Assembly (NCBI GenBank): GCA_964035545.1
Contig: OZ037765.1
Location: 2,418,001 to 2,482,000, forward strand
Direction of reading: 5' to 3'
DNA length: 64,000 nucleotides
From: Bugula neritina
Taxonomy: Eukaryota > Animalia > Bryozoa
The position numbers and the translations under genes are program-made. This document shows, piece by piece, positions 30,501 to 52,337 of the stretch (position 1 is the first letter of the stretch; each line of letters starts with the position of its first letter). The notes below the pieces were generated by a model, which saw nothing but the letters and a program-made list of their open reading frames with translations, did not search any database and was not told the DNA's origin.

Positions 30501-33500
30501 CTTGTTCAGCTTTAAGAAAGCTCAAACTGCTCTTACTATGAATTTCACTGTAGCTAAGGCTATGTGAGATGTAGTCTGCAAGCAATGTTTTGTAAGATAC
30601 AACTAAATAGCAACAGTTAGAAAGGTCTTAGTTGAAAGAATTTCTGAGCTCTAAATTGGCCTGTCATATCCCAAGACTAAAGTAAATCATAATTTAACAT
30701 TGTGTATAAATTTGACCAGATCTTTTAAAAGATGATAATTTTATAGCATTTTTACGTAGATGTCAAAGCGATTTTGAGTAATAGCAGAGCTGGTCGAACT
30801 GGCACTGCGTAATGACATGTGATACTTAAAATTATTCCTTTTAATAATAAAAACAGTCCTTCAGATTACGGAGTTCACGTCAGCCAATAAACTTATGAAT
30901 TTAGTTTATAGATTTATGAAAGTTTGACACTTGAACAGCAATTAGGAGGTCAACAGGGTTTTCTCTGGCAGCTTTAAGGTGACAAAAGGTATTTACTACC
31001 ACGTGGATGTATATTGTAGTCAGAATAATGGTGGGTGTGAAACAGGCAGCTATTCTTGTTTATTACCAACAGGCGCCATATGCAGACATGGGAACTCGTT
31101 CCTTTCCAACTTACTGGAAAACCCCTAGACCGCTAAGATATCTTAATATTATACAGTGTACTGCTAAACATTAAATTTCAATTAAAAAAATACCTGAGCT
31201 AATTTTTTCTCTTCCTATACAAGTATTATCCAGGTTTACCATTAAACAGTGAAAGTATAAAAATTAATTAAAATTATAATATGTATTCATACATGCCTTC
31301 CTATAGAAAAAGAATATGAAACCAGGTGTTGGGGCTGAAGTGCTTCTATGAATGATTGCAGATTTTAAAGATAATTACTAGAGTTTATAGGTTTATGTAT
31401 TGAAGTGTGGTGGGTGAATTAAAACAATGAAAGTGAAACCATTAGGGTCCAGCTTATCAATATTATATCTCTAACTTCCACCATCAAAAGAGTAGCAAAT
31501 CACTTTAAACAACTCGATTTTTTTCACTATATTAGAATAATTCTCTATCTTTCTTTCTTTATAACTAGGGCCTATATACTATTAACTATACTTTAGAGTT
31601 TAGATAGTGTACAATATTATATATAATGTGTGTTAGTAATAGCAGGTTACATAAATATATCATGATATATCATATAGGAATTTTATAATATTACTATATA
31701 TTATATAGTATCATTATATGTTATAGAAGTAATACAGTATATTATGCACTTAGTACAGTATATCATACAAGTAATACAAGATAATATACAAGTAATACAG
31801 GATAATATACAAGTAATACAGTATATCATACAAGTATACTATGATAGTAATACATACCGGGAGACAGTCCGGTGCTAGACACTGTATACTCTCACACTCC
31901 TCATTTCCTGACGGTAGACAAGTACACTTAGTGCAGGGCTCTGGGTACCAGACTAGGGCACTATTCTCAGACTAGGAGAAAACACAGTTCAGGTTGAGAC
32001 ACTCAAAACCAGCGATTATTCAGTAGAGTTTATTACTTTAATATTGCATAATAGGTTTGCACCACGGCTATGGGTGGCTATTATGGATAGCTTTGTTGTA
32101 CGCAGTGAAGTTATAAAGTCTAAAAAGTATTCCTTATATTTTCCCATAGTTTCCATTTCTGATTACTGTAAAACCAACTTAAGGTCTTCAATTCATTTGA
32201 ACATTAGTCATTTGCAACCTGAAGGAAATTAATGAACCCAATCTGCTCAGATAAAACATAAATATAATGATCAATTAAAAAAAAATTAATCTGAATTTCA
32301 ATAGGATACAAAAATTTATTTCGTCAAGTCTTATTATTTGTAGCCGGTGATTTGATAAAAATATCAAGTGATTTGTAAATATATAGAACGTAGGTTTAAG
32401 TGGAGGTATTATATTTTAGGTAGTTGCTCTTGTAAACTCTCACTATGAAATGAGATGCCAGAAATAATTTCTAACTGAGGTTAAGAGCTCATATGAGCAA
32501 AAACATATTTTAACCAATCATTAGCCAAGAATGTAATTCAAAAATGAAAAAAATAAAAATTGAGTAATATTAAGCTAGTAGTCACCTGTGTAAGTGCTTC
32601 AACCAGGTCTTTTTGAGCACATAGTCCTACAAAGTAAAACAGTGAACATGATAATAAGTGTTCCCCATCTTTTTACATGCATATGCATTTATATAAATCA
32701 TTAAATAGATCATATGACAATATGAATTCTTGCTACATAAACCTTATAAAATTTATTTCAGAAGAATTGGTTTGACTAAGTTCAAATTATTAATTAAAAC
32801 AACCTATATAAGAATGCATGTCTATTATTTATTAGAGAAATGACCGAAAAGATGGTTTTGAAAATGTGCCTGCTGACTGCTATACCAACAAGAAACATTA
32901 CCATAGAGTACCTGCTCTGTGCTGACAATTCTCACTGACAAGCAGTTTAGGGTAACAATGTTAGCAGCAACAATGAGTCAGCCTGCACTAATTGCTAGCA
33001 TTTTAGATATATATTCTCTATTTTCAAAATACTACACGAGGTACACTTGTCTGAGTGTTCAAAAGAGTATTTATCAAGTAGTATTTTAAAACCTTTTAAA
33101 GTAGAGTAAACTAATAGTAAAGTGAAAGCACGCATGTATAGATCAGGATGTTAGTTCATAAGTCAAGTTGAAATACAGTTATAACTATAGAAGTGGAATG
33201 ATGTTGAGCGGTGAAAGTATAAAACTTAATTAAAATTATAATATGTATTCATACATGCCTTCCTATAGAATAATATGAAACCAGGTGTTGGGACTGAAGT
33301 GTTTCTATGAATGATTGCAGATTTTAAAGATAATTACTAGAGTTTATAGGTTTATGTATTGAAGTGTGGTGGGTGAATTAAAACAATGAAAGTGAAACCA
33401 TTAGGGTCCAGCTTATCAATATTCTATCTTTAACTGCCACCATCAAAAGAGTAAGCAACAAATGGGCTGCAAGAGCCGTCAGTTCATATATTATACTATT

Positions 33501-36386
33501 CATGGTTTGCAACTCTTTTCCACAGGAGAGGGCTTTCAGTAACATAGCTGGAAACTGCAGCTGTGTCCAAGTTGACATTAAAACCCTGGCCTCCTGAGCA
33601 GAAAGTGGACACGCATTTATTATACTCAAGTTTTTAATACAATTATAATATTTTTGGTTATAAAAACATAATTGTAAAAGTGCAACATCTTTCTTAACTG
33701 GTAGATGTCAACTTTTTGAAGAGCTGTGACCATTGGGACAAAGGGATCATTTTTTTGTCATTCCAGTTACTTTCAAATATTAAATTCTGTTGGCTGTATT
33801 TTCAAAATGAAGTGTCCTTAGGGGTAGTTAAGAGAGGATTTAGTATCCTTTCAATAGAAGACGACCTATCATTGTCACATGACAAGTTTGCATAAAGAGT
33901 GTGGGAAGGGATGCCCTTTCACTGTAATAGCAAACAGGGGAAAGATATGAATTACACAAATAGACATTGTCACAGTCATTTTGGGCTTATACCATATATA
34001 ATTACAATCTTTATTTATCTAAAGTTTACAATTTCTATTTCTTTAGACTTGTTGAAAATTTGATCTTTAATTTAGAATGGAGGTAACAAAGAGGGTCTGA
34101 AAGACTATAGATATCTGATAGTCGGCCCAAATACCCCACCTTCCGTCTCAAGTGTATTCTAACAATTGTAACCAAACATATGTATATCAATGTAACAGCG
34201 GCAGCGGATAATTAGAGAGCATCTGCTGCTATTTAAAAATATCAGATGTCTTATTATATTGGAAAGCTGGGACTTGTGTATATTGATGCCTTTGTAATAA
34301 TTAGTGATTTCCCAGCTAAAGTAATGTTATTAGTGTACAAGTAATACACTTGTACTAGACTTGCTCTTGTTTATATTAACTCTCATTTTCTCAAACTAAA
34401 ACTACTTACTAGATAGTTGAATACTAAAATCAACTTTTATAAGCAAATAAAAAAGCAATCTATATCCAGCAGCCGAAATTAATCAGAACGAATGTAACCT
34501 AGATAGGCAGATGGCAGTAATAGACTAAGTAATTGAATGAGTATTGGAAATCATCATTCCCTGTAAACCAAACACAGCCAGGCACTGAGCAAGGTGTCAT
34601 TCAAGTTAAAAACTGAAATGAAGACTCTGATATCGAATGTAATCTGCATCAATTTTGATGTATAGAACAGTAAATAGCTTAGGGAGATAATTCAACTATA
34701 TCATCTAAACAACATTGAATATTTTATATAATTATTTTGATTTTTTAGGGCTGGAAAAATAAAAATGTATACAGATAAAAGAAATTAAAATGTAGATGCT
34801 TTCAATGTACAACATTATGCAGGTCTAACATAGAGGTTGAAAAAGTAGTTTTGATTAAACTAGACAACATTATAAATGGTATTAAAATTATAAAAACTGT
34901 AAAGACTAGATAAAAATGTAAATTTCCCCGACAGAAACTCGTCAAAAGACCTGGTCAGTGCAGTCATAGCGACTTATCCATCCCGGGATCATTACCCACT
35001 ATACTGACTCACAACCAATTGGCCATTCAGCTTATTTCAATAAGTCTATTTGATAAAAACCACATGATAAATTTAGAAAGCTGTTTATGAGGAGATAATT
35101 GGGGATTTCATTATATTAATGACATTCATATGCCCTATCTGTCTACCTTGCATTGTCTACTCCACTTCAACACACCCAAATCAGCAAGAAAATCTTCAAG
35201 TCTATGAAAAATAAGTATTTATTTGTCCACTTTAAAAACATATCCCCTGAAAACATTCGTATGGAGATAAGAGTTAGAAGATGAATTTATTTGAAGACTT
35301 TTGGGCTGAGGAAAGATAGCTTGGGAGGAGAGGGTATAGTTGTCATAGACCAGAGGATAGTAGCCTTAGATTAGAGGGTGGTTTTCCTAGACGAGAGGGT
35401 AGTAGTCCTATTGTATCCACTAGATCCTGCCAGTAATTTACAGATATCTTGTATAGTACCGCCAGCTATAGCCCAACAGCAAGTCTATAACCCCACAAAG
35501 TGTCCCCCCCCCTTTCCCGAATAGGTATATGGGAAATCTCAGTCTAAATAAAACCACCCGTAAACTTCCACCAAGACAGTTTAGAAAACAATATTGAGAA
35601 AACTACAAACATAAATCAACTGTTGCTTTCCAGTCTTACATGACACCCAGGTTAAAGCTGTTTAATACAAGACAGGTTTCATAAAGTATGACCTTTAGCC
35701 ATAGTATGTCAGAAGGAAATCATTTAATAACTTTCATGCATATCTGCACTCAAAAAGCTGCTCTGTAGAACATAACATAAACGAACTCAAGCAAAGGTCA
35801 ACCTTTAAGGTCAGTCATTAGAATTACAGGCTTCACTTTGACATCTTGAAAATGGTAAAAGTTGTAAAAATGACATAATTAAGCAAATGTTTAAAGAAAT
35901 CGTAGGAAAGTATTCTACACTAGTGGTGTTAATTACAGCCTGCAGTGATGTATATGTGTGTAGTAGCAGCATCTGTATAAAGGCAGCACTTGTATAAAGG
36001 CAGCAAGCACTCAAGTGAAATAAGAATAGAATAAAATGAAGTAGAAGCCTGTCAAACATGATGCCAAACTCAACTGTTGACAAGTTAATGTTTAATCACA
36101 AAGTTTCTGACAAAAACCGATTACTATAGAACTTAGGTGGACATTTAGTTGTTATAAATTATTCTATTAGTGGCTAATGGGATAATCTATAAAACAACAA
36201 AACCCGCTTTGTTTATTTGCTTATACAGCAGGTTGGAATTAGCAGCTAAACAGCTCCTGCATAGACTAAGGTAGCGAAGGTGTGTGAGGCAGCAATGTGT
36301 GACTCACCTGCTGCCTGACAGCGTAGAATGTATACGGTGTAGATGACTAGAGTAGAGCAAATTGCTGCCGAAAATGATGCCGACAT
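94..36386 (-). CDS. FRAS1: Extracellular matrix protein FRAS1, multi-exon; 3' end continues beyond position 1
   Basis: First coding exon 36308-36386 encodes a signal peptide (MSASFSAAICSTLVIYTVYILRCQAA) and ends in GTGAGT. VWC exons lie at ~22990-32630 (e.g. WYPEPCTKCTC, PQCEQCECRDGVVTC, WQKDICQLCTCFNGKESC). CSPG/cadherin-like repeat exons lie at ~8300-20850 (YVHDNS, DxDS, PxHG motifs) and Calx-beta exons at ~2540-8300 (PIIRSGDLS...DY...F..GE). Exon 94-855 encodes VEIPHQDGMLPLISTMP...VSYIYAKAPAGW...THAKFRG, which matches the FRAS1 C-terminal region as I recall it. Phases were compatible at the junctions checked. Confidence 0.93.
7950..8095. repeat. Degenerate ~22-bp minisatellite (AAATTAGTAATAATGTAGTAAT)n in a FRAS1 intron
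   Basis: Tandem units visible directly. Confidence 0.8.
18104..18290. repeat. ~22-bp minisatellite (GAGTAGAGAGAAGATAACTACT)n next to a FRAS1 acceptor
   Basis: About 8 variant tandem units directly adjacent to exon 17974-18090. Confidence 0.85.
20139..20240. promoter_or_regulatory. Cluster of five GTCACATGA (E-box/M-box-like) motifs
   Basis: Exact 9-mer at 20139, 20152, 20180, 20207 and 20221, partial copy at 20235; the spacers are dissimilar. Function is inferred only. Confidence 0.3.
24514..24581. repeat. (CCAG)n microsatellite
   Basis: Near-perfect tetranucleotide run. Confidence 0.95.
31249..31493 (+). repeat. Dispersed direct repeat, copy 1 (~240 bp)
   Basis: Near-identical to 33211-33452 (GTGAAAGTATAAAA...CCACCATCAAAAGAGTA). 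Confidence 0.85.
33211..33452 (+). repeat. Dispersed direct repeat, copy 2 (~240 bp)
   Basis: Near-identical to 31249-31493, same orientation. Confidence 0.85.
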
Positions 36387-37239
36387 TTCAACAGAGTCTG
36401 AGACTTAGTAATGTAAATAGAGGTGATTCTGCATCACAATGTACATCAGCAGAATATATCCAGAGTATATCCACAGATTTGAGCAGAGGTAATCCACAGA
36501 AACATGCAGGAAATTTTCTATGAATCTTTTTCCTAGAAAATAAATGAAACTACTTAATTAAGAAAGTGATATACTCTTTTAAATTTCTGTAAATAAACTA
36601 AATTCTATATTTGTAAAATTAATATTAAATATTACTTTATGAATTGAAAAATTTTCCCAAGTATTTTTGCTGCAGACCAAGTAAAATCTTTCTCAACCCA
36701 TACAAGCACAACCACTATGGCCGCTAATCTACATTGAGTAAATTAGATATTTGCAATAGAAATGACAGCATTAACAATAGTGAACTATTGCATTTAGTAC
36801 CCATTTAGGATAGATTACGTGCAAATACTACAGATTTAAAGTACTTTATAAAATAATAGCAGACTATTGCATAGTATTATGTCTTTAGCACTATATTTCT
36901 ATATAACTTAACAGCATAAAGAAAAGAACAGTATTGCAAATAAATAAGCCAAACCATAATATTTAAGTTCAACTAAATGTGGCTCTAAAGCACAACATTC
37001 TAACTCAAAACTTGCCTACGTATGCCGAGACTATAACATAAATAACAAGTAACTATCATAGACCACTGTATACACATTTTACATGTATCTTGTGTCTTAA
37101 AACAGACAATGGTATTTTACCACTGAGGACAATGGAAATGTTTTCTTAAAAACAACTTGATACAAAGACAAATAGTACACACCTTTGACCTAAACACTAA
37201 TTAGAAGAAATTAGACCAACCTAGGAGTAGACAAGCAGG

Positions 37240-37375
37240 ATCTCACACCTTGCAGGGCAGCGTTATGAAGTTCACCAAACCACTAAATATTTTACTCCAC
37301 GAGTTTATACCGCACTTCAAATTATCAGTGTGAAGGGGCGGAGCCAGAAAGTGATTTGCTGTGTGATTGGTCAAA
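37240..37375 (-). promoter_or_regulatory. Probable FRAS1 core promoter and non-coding first exon
   Basis: CCAAT box (GATTGG at 37365-37370) and GC box (GGGGCGGAGCC at 37335-37345) lie just upstream of a - strand donor (CAAG|GTGTGA, ~37248). A TTTTCTAG acceptor at ~36532 precedes the ATG exon. Confidence 0.5.
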
Positions 37376-38541
37376 GGAATTTCATTCATGAAGCCAAAAT
37401 AATCTAACAAGGAGACGTAATTAATCTGGCAAATAAGATAAACATATGCTTGCATTGTTCTTTGAAATAACAGTAGAAAGAATTAATAGCTATCTATCTC
37501 ATCATCTTATACAACAGCTTGATTATCTCAAATAATGAATTTAATAAAAGATGAGACAATATGCTGTCCTAACATAACATCAGTTTGCCTGAGGCAAAAA
37601 ACTAGCCATTGTTAGAGCATAGCATCATAATAACACTGCCTCCGTCTTTATTCTGTTTAGTCACTAGCAGTGATGAAATAGCAGTCTGTAGCACTGAACA
37701 TACATCTCAAAGTCTACTCAAATCAGTTTATTAGATTGAAACATTTTTATTATTAAATTTGAGTTTGAACACCAAAGTTGATTATAAAAATATTTCAATA
37801 TTTTTAATATTTCATGGCACTTTGTTATAAAATATAGTTTTGGAATTGTTTTGTTCAGTTATTTTGTTTAATATTTTGTTCAAATTAAAGTTTACAGATT
37901 TAAATATTTAAATTTCAGGTTGGTTTAATAAAACAAATTGACAAGATTGGTTTCTTACCTTTTGTAAAGTTCTGTCATCAAATATTTTATATTTGAGCCT
38001 TTATTTGCTCACCTAGAGTTGTAATACTAGCATATTGCAGGCAAAAACTTTTCAAGAGGAAAAACAAAAAGAACTTTATTTTAGCAGACTATGCAATGTT
38101 GATCTTCTAGCAGTAATTATTTGGAATTGCCCTCCCTTAAACTCATCTGCTGCAAGATATATTGGTCACTACCATAGAAGAGAAGATGGTCTGTGTGTAC
38201 CCATACCTAATGTGAAATTATACAATGTTGCGTGACTGCTAGTCATATTACACATTCAGTTTATTTTATTAATTATATTGATAAACAAAACCTGTCACAA
38301 GATATTAACTGGCAGACCTGACATTTTTAATACAAGCATAGCTCAGTGATTCTCCAGTCCAAGCTCCAAAGTCCAGTTGACACCCCCAAACTACCATCAA
38401 TATAGCTGCAGATTTCAGGTTATCCTTCAGCTATTTTCTCACTCTAGCCAATTCAAGTTATGTACATCTTTTGTAGGAAAGGAATTTTCAAGTAAGTGTC
38501 TGACTAATCTATGTACAATTTAGATAAAAAGCTCCATTCTA

Positions 38542-47288
<8,747 letters not shown>

Positions 47289-47514
47289 TTTTTAAACTCA
47301 ACCTTATCTGTAGAAAGAGACATAATTATATTATTCTGTTTTAATGCTTATAGCTTATTACTATTAGACTTAGCATTACACTCACTCTCACTCTTGGTTA
47401 TACTTATTACCTATAATAATTTATCATTTATAATTTTATTAATAGTATTACTATCAGTACTGCTAAAAGCAACAATCACAATATGATAATGAATATCATA
47501 AAACTAAAAATACA

Positions 47515-47720
47515 GCTATTAGTATTAGTATTAGTAGTTCTATTACTAATAGTAATAGTAATAGTAATACTCTAATAGTAATACTATTACTAATAGTAAT
47601 ACTAATAGTAATAGTAATGCTATTACTCTAACTATATGATAAAATTATAATACTACTACAAGTACAAATATAACTATTGTCTATTAGTATTAGTATTAGT
47701 ATTATAACTTCATGTTTTAT
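47515..47720. repeat. Low-complexity (AGTAAT/TAGTAT)n tract
   Basis: Hexamer-based AT-rich repeats visible in both orientations. Confidence 0.75.
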
Positions 47721-49842
47721 CATAATAATAATGATAATCGTTAGTCTCAGTCTGATTAGATTCAGTGATTACCGATTACGGATTATCATTATGTTTAAAC
47801 TTCAAGAATTAAAACCTGTTTTACAGGAAAAAAATAAGTTCATTTAACAGAGAAATTCAAAATTAAACTTTAATTGTAAAGCATGGGTATTAATTTATTA
47901 TAAAGGGTAATTACGACAACTAGTCTATCTATTATAATTGTTGGAATTGATTGATAAATTTCGTTTGAAGGATTAAAAAAAGTATTTTCAAACGCACAAA
48001 AGTTAAGTTTTTGTTGAATAAATAGCATAGCATATATTTTACGTGCATGTTAATGTTTTTCAGCAAATTTTAGCATAGCCGTCGTTCTATAAATAACATT
48101 GTTAATTTGTAACAGGCAGAAAAGACCACTGAGCTGGAATAGACATTATTCAGTTCGATGGAAAAGACATCCTGGTGAGAAAATAACTTTTCGGACCTTT
48201 ACTATAATTTAGCGAGCGAATCATTTTCAATACATAACAACTCCGCAGCAGTGTGATCTTTAACCCTTTGCTCTTTCGCTTGTTGCCAACGATAGTATCA
48301 GTAATAAATATACTATAATAACGATAAACATTTTAAAGAGCGTTAAATGCAGCACAAAGTTTGGAGTCAGTGACTGCAGTATTAGCATACACAGTTTTTC
48401 AAGCTCCAACCTTTTGGTTGCTTCAACTTCGAGCGATCTCCTCAATTGTTGTCGCAACTCTTAGATTAAACTTTAACGTAAGGGTCAAGATTTGAAATTA
48501 TAATATCATTACGCATTGAGTTTTATGTAATGATTATAACTACACATGAATTAAATTTAAAGGATAAACAATTTTAAGTTAAACATTTTTAGTTGAAGTA
48601 AAACTGAAAGTATTGCCTCTGGCTGGCTTTGGCTTTGCCACCCTTACAGTTATACAGTTACAGTTACTGTTAGTGTTACACTTCGTCTTACAGTTAGTGT
48701 TACTGTTACTGTTAGTAATTAGTGAGTTACATACAAAGAATCTTTGGCAGTAGCTATAAATTAAGTGTAACATAAAATTAACTATGTGAGTGTCAGTGTA
48801 TGTATAATGATAATCATAATCATAATGATAATGTTCTGTCAATGTTATAGTTACTACCTAGTACTTACACTTACAGTTACTACTACTAGTAGTAGTAGTT
48901 ACTAGTTAGTATTTTACTTTTAGTTTTACCGATGTATCAGTATATTGTTTTATACTGATGATAATATACACTTTTAATAATTATAAAGCATCTGTCTAGA
49001 CGACTGAAGCAGGCTGAGATTACTGGACTTGTGTTTCCAACTGCAACTAGTTATCCAAGGTCTCAAAAGTAGGGAATAATCAAATAAGCTTAGAGTGAAA
49101 GTTAAACTTAATTATTAAATTGCAACTTAGTACTAGTATTAGCTAATATGATTATTATAAATAAATTATAAAAAGTTCAAATACGACTTCAACTACGAGT
49201 ATGAGTAAGAATCTCCGACTATCAGTTGTATCGAATAAAAATTTCAATTTGATTTGTCATGTTATGTTGAACTTAATGTTTACCTCAGTCTCTCTTGTAT
49301 CACCATTACATTATAGCTGAAACTTAGTCAAAATTGAGAAAAACCTAATCGGTTGTTGAACTTTTTAAACTGAAGCTGACAATTTGAATTACTATAGAAG
49401 CTCAATATCACTCTTAGTCTTTGTGGCTGTGATAGATCACAGTTAGTATCTTAGCTTTAGATTAAGAGTTAGTTGGTGTAAAGCTATTAGCACCAACCTA
49501 AACTCAACTACTTCTATACATAGTTCAAGTTCAAGTCCAAGTTAGTGCAAATCAAGTCAGTAACCAACCAACTCCAAGTCACTCCTGATCATGGTTAAGA
49601 CGGAAGATTATTTTCAAAAATAATAGCTAGTAATTTATGTAATGTTCATTCAATATATATTTTAATATTGTGTTTTTATTAGAACATAACTTTTTGCTGA
49701 AGCGCAAACTTTTCAGAACATTTTCTTTATAAGCCATGCAAGATTAGTTTGACTGGTTATTTTTTGCCTAATATGTGTTTATAATGTAGTTATTTAAACA
49801 CTTTGACTGCCCACAAAAACAAAAGTGGTTTATTTTTAGATT

Positions 49843-51288
49843 ATGGCGAGGCTAGATATGAAACATGGGTTTCTTCGTTACATCACCAAAAATCAGCTGG
49901 ATAGGTATGTTGTAATTATGTTCTGAAAGCTTCTGCACACAGAGATTTTAAATAAAGATTTCGTATTTGTTTTGCACACAATGTTTTATAGTTGAATTAA
50001 TATTTTTATCATATTGATTTTTTAACAAATTATTGTGCTTTGTGCCCTTGCCACAATTAAATTTAAACATTCCATTAAATTTATATTTCTATCAACCTTC
50101 CTCCTGATTCTCACATTGCATACTCAAACTAAAAGTTATCATATTGATTCTGTCTCGCAAAATAAGGATTTTTTTATGGTGGGATTGTTTTTGTTCCAGA
50201 GATCAATATGATAAAGAAATTAAGCAGAAGGAGCCGTCCAGAGCCCGCTCGAGTAATAGTAACAAAACTCGTAGGGAGGCTCAGGCTATTTATACTCCTC
50301 CTCATAGCAATCGCCGAGAAGCTACCAAGACTGACAATCTAAGTTCGTGTGAGACGACGACTGACATTACAACACATAAAAATGAAGGCTAGTAGAAGCA
50401 CAGGTTATTGGTGTGATGAAGCTGTACTCTATATTTTTGGTGGTAGATTTATTACATGAGATATGTTAATGTTGTTGGCTATAAGATATTCAGTCTGTTA
50501 TTTCAAGGTGCAGAGTTTGTTCTTTTATTCTCTAATGTAACTGATTCAAATACAAAAACAATATTATTGTAGCATGTCTTGGCTAGATCCTATCTCTGTA
50601 AACTAACAAAATCATTAACATATTTCAAATTGTAGTATTGTGCTGCAAATGCATTACTTCTGTTAATTTAAGCACTAATTTGATATTTGTGTTTATGACT
50701 TTCACAACAGCAACCTACAGAACTGCCTTGTAGATTTACTTTTACTTATGATTTTCTGTTGGTTGGCATCTCTTGCAACACATAATTAAATGCTGTTTAA
50801 AATAGAGCATAACAGGTTGATTTTATTTGTAAATATTGTTTATCCATGACTTGAGTTGAATGCAGATTGATGTCTGTTGCAGAAGTTGGTGCCAATCAGC
50901 AAACTCCTGATCACAAAATGGCTGACATATTGTTTGACGATACAAATGGCGTTACCCACAAATTTAGAGTTTATAATGCAAGTGTTTTCTCTTTTATTAT
51001 AAAAAGCCTCTTTTACTTCATCTGTGGTTCATTGATTTCTGGGAAATTATTGCTTTTTGATTTCTATGCAAAAGTCATACATTTTGAATTGAGTTTTTTG
51101 TCAGTGATACTATTCAAACTAATCTGCTAATTTTAAATTATGTGTTTGTATTCTAGACTGACGATCCTGAGGAAGTATCTAGAAAGTTCTGTGAGAAAAT
51201 GGGTTATCCTCAGAAATACGTTCAACCTTTGGCCAATAAGATAAGAGATGGGTGTTCCCAGTATTTCACCTTTACTGATGACTCATAG
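49843..51288 (+). CDS. C2orf68: UPF0561 protein, C2orf68 homolog, 143 aa, 4 coding exons
   Basis: Exons 49843-49904, 50200-50342, 50883-50977 and 51157-51288 total 432 nt with consistent phases. Protein: MARLDMKHGFLRYITKNQLDRDQYDKEIKQ...QAIYTP...FRVYNTDDPEEVSRKF..., matching recalled human motifs RLDMNHGF..IRRNQIARDDYDKKVKQ and VYQGDDP..VS.K. AATAAA at ~51660. Confidence 0.88.
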
Positions 51289-52337
51289 TCACTATGTGGT
51301 TCTCATCTCTTACTAAGACATCTCAACATATAATTTACTGTGTGAGCAGAATGCCAAATTTATTTAGCATCTAAATACTCATTCAGATATTTATTTTAGT
51401 GTGAAGTCATACATCCATGTGATATTTTCAATCATCTAGTCTTAAAGTTCTGCTTCTATTCGGTGCTCTGTAACAATCATATTTTTTATATCATTTGTCC
51501 GGTTTGATAATCTCAACATTTTTGTTTACTCAAATATACAATAGTCGTGCATGTACCCCATTAGTCCTGCATGTGACCCGGTAGTCCTATAGAAAGCTCC
51601 TATATATACCTCTAAAGAGCTATATGTACAGCATTCTACAAGTACATTTTGTTTTTAGAAATAAAATCATTTAAACTTTAAAGCATTTTACAAATTTAAT
51701 AGTGTTTTTGCTGGTGAGAAAGGAAGCATGACAAAAATCTTCAGTGTTCATTCTAATGAATTTATATAAATGTTAGGAACGTGGCAAGTATCACCACTTT
51801 ACTGTACATTCATCACAAAACAAGGTGCTGGCAGTTTTTCCTCGATTATTGTTTTGTGTCTCCCAGAACGAAAAATTCGTATCTATAAGATTGCTATGAC
51901 CCCCAAGTTGTTGCCATTTTTAGCTATTTAGTGAGTGTGAAAATTTCCCATTTCAGTTCCATGGGGGTTGACTCAATTTCCTGGAGCTTTACCATTTGGT
52001 GCAGAAAGCTAAATGTTTACTCCGTTCACTAGAGGTTTCATGACTATTTTGATAAAGAAATTTCATGGTTTCATGCATTATACTTTTACTTCATACACAT
52101 AATGACTGCTCCTGTTACAACTAGAATATTTCATTACAAACTGCACCTACCTCAATAACAGTTACACAGAGAAACTTTATAATCTGCTGGTGCTAACCCT
52201 GTGTCATGTATATATGATACCAAAGGCCAGTGCAATGTAGGGAAATATCTTCCTTCCAGGCAAATATTTGACCTTTAACCTGTCAGCAGAGAAATAAAAC
52301 AATAATCTTTAGAAGAAGTCTGATTATCCAAACTGAT

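Noticed and set aside
34925-34965. Hammerhead-ribozyme-like GAAAC..GTC motif
   Set aside because: The required CUGANGA core is absent.
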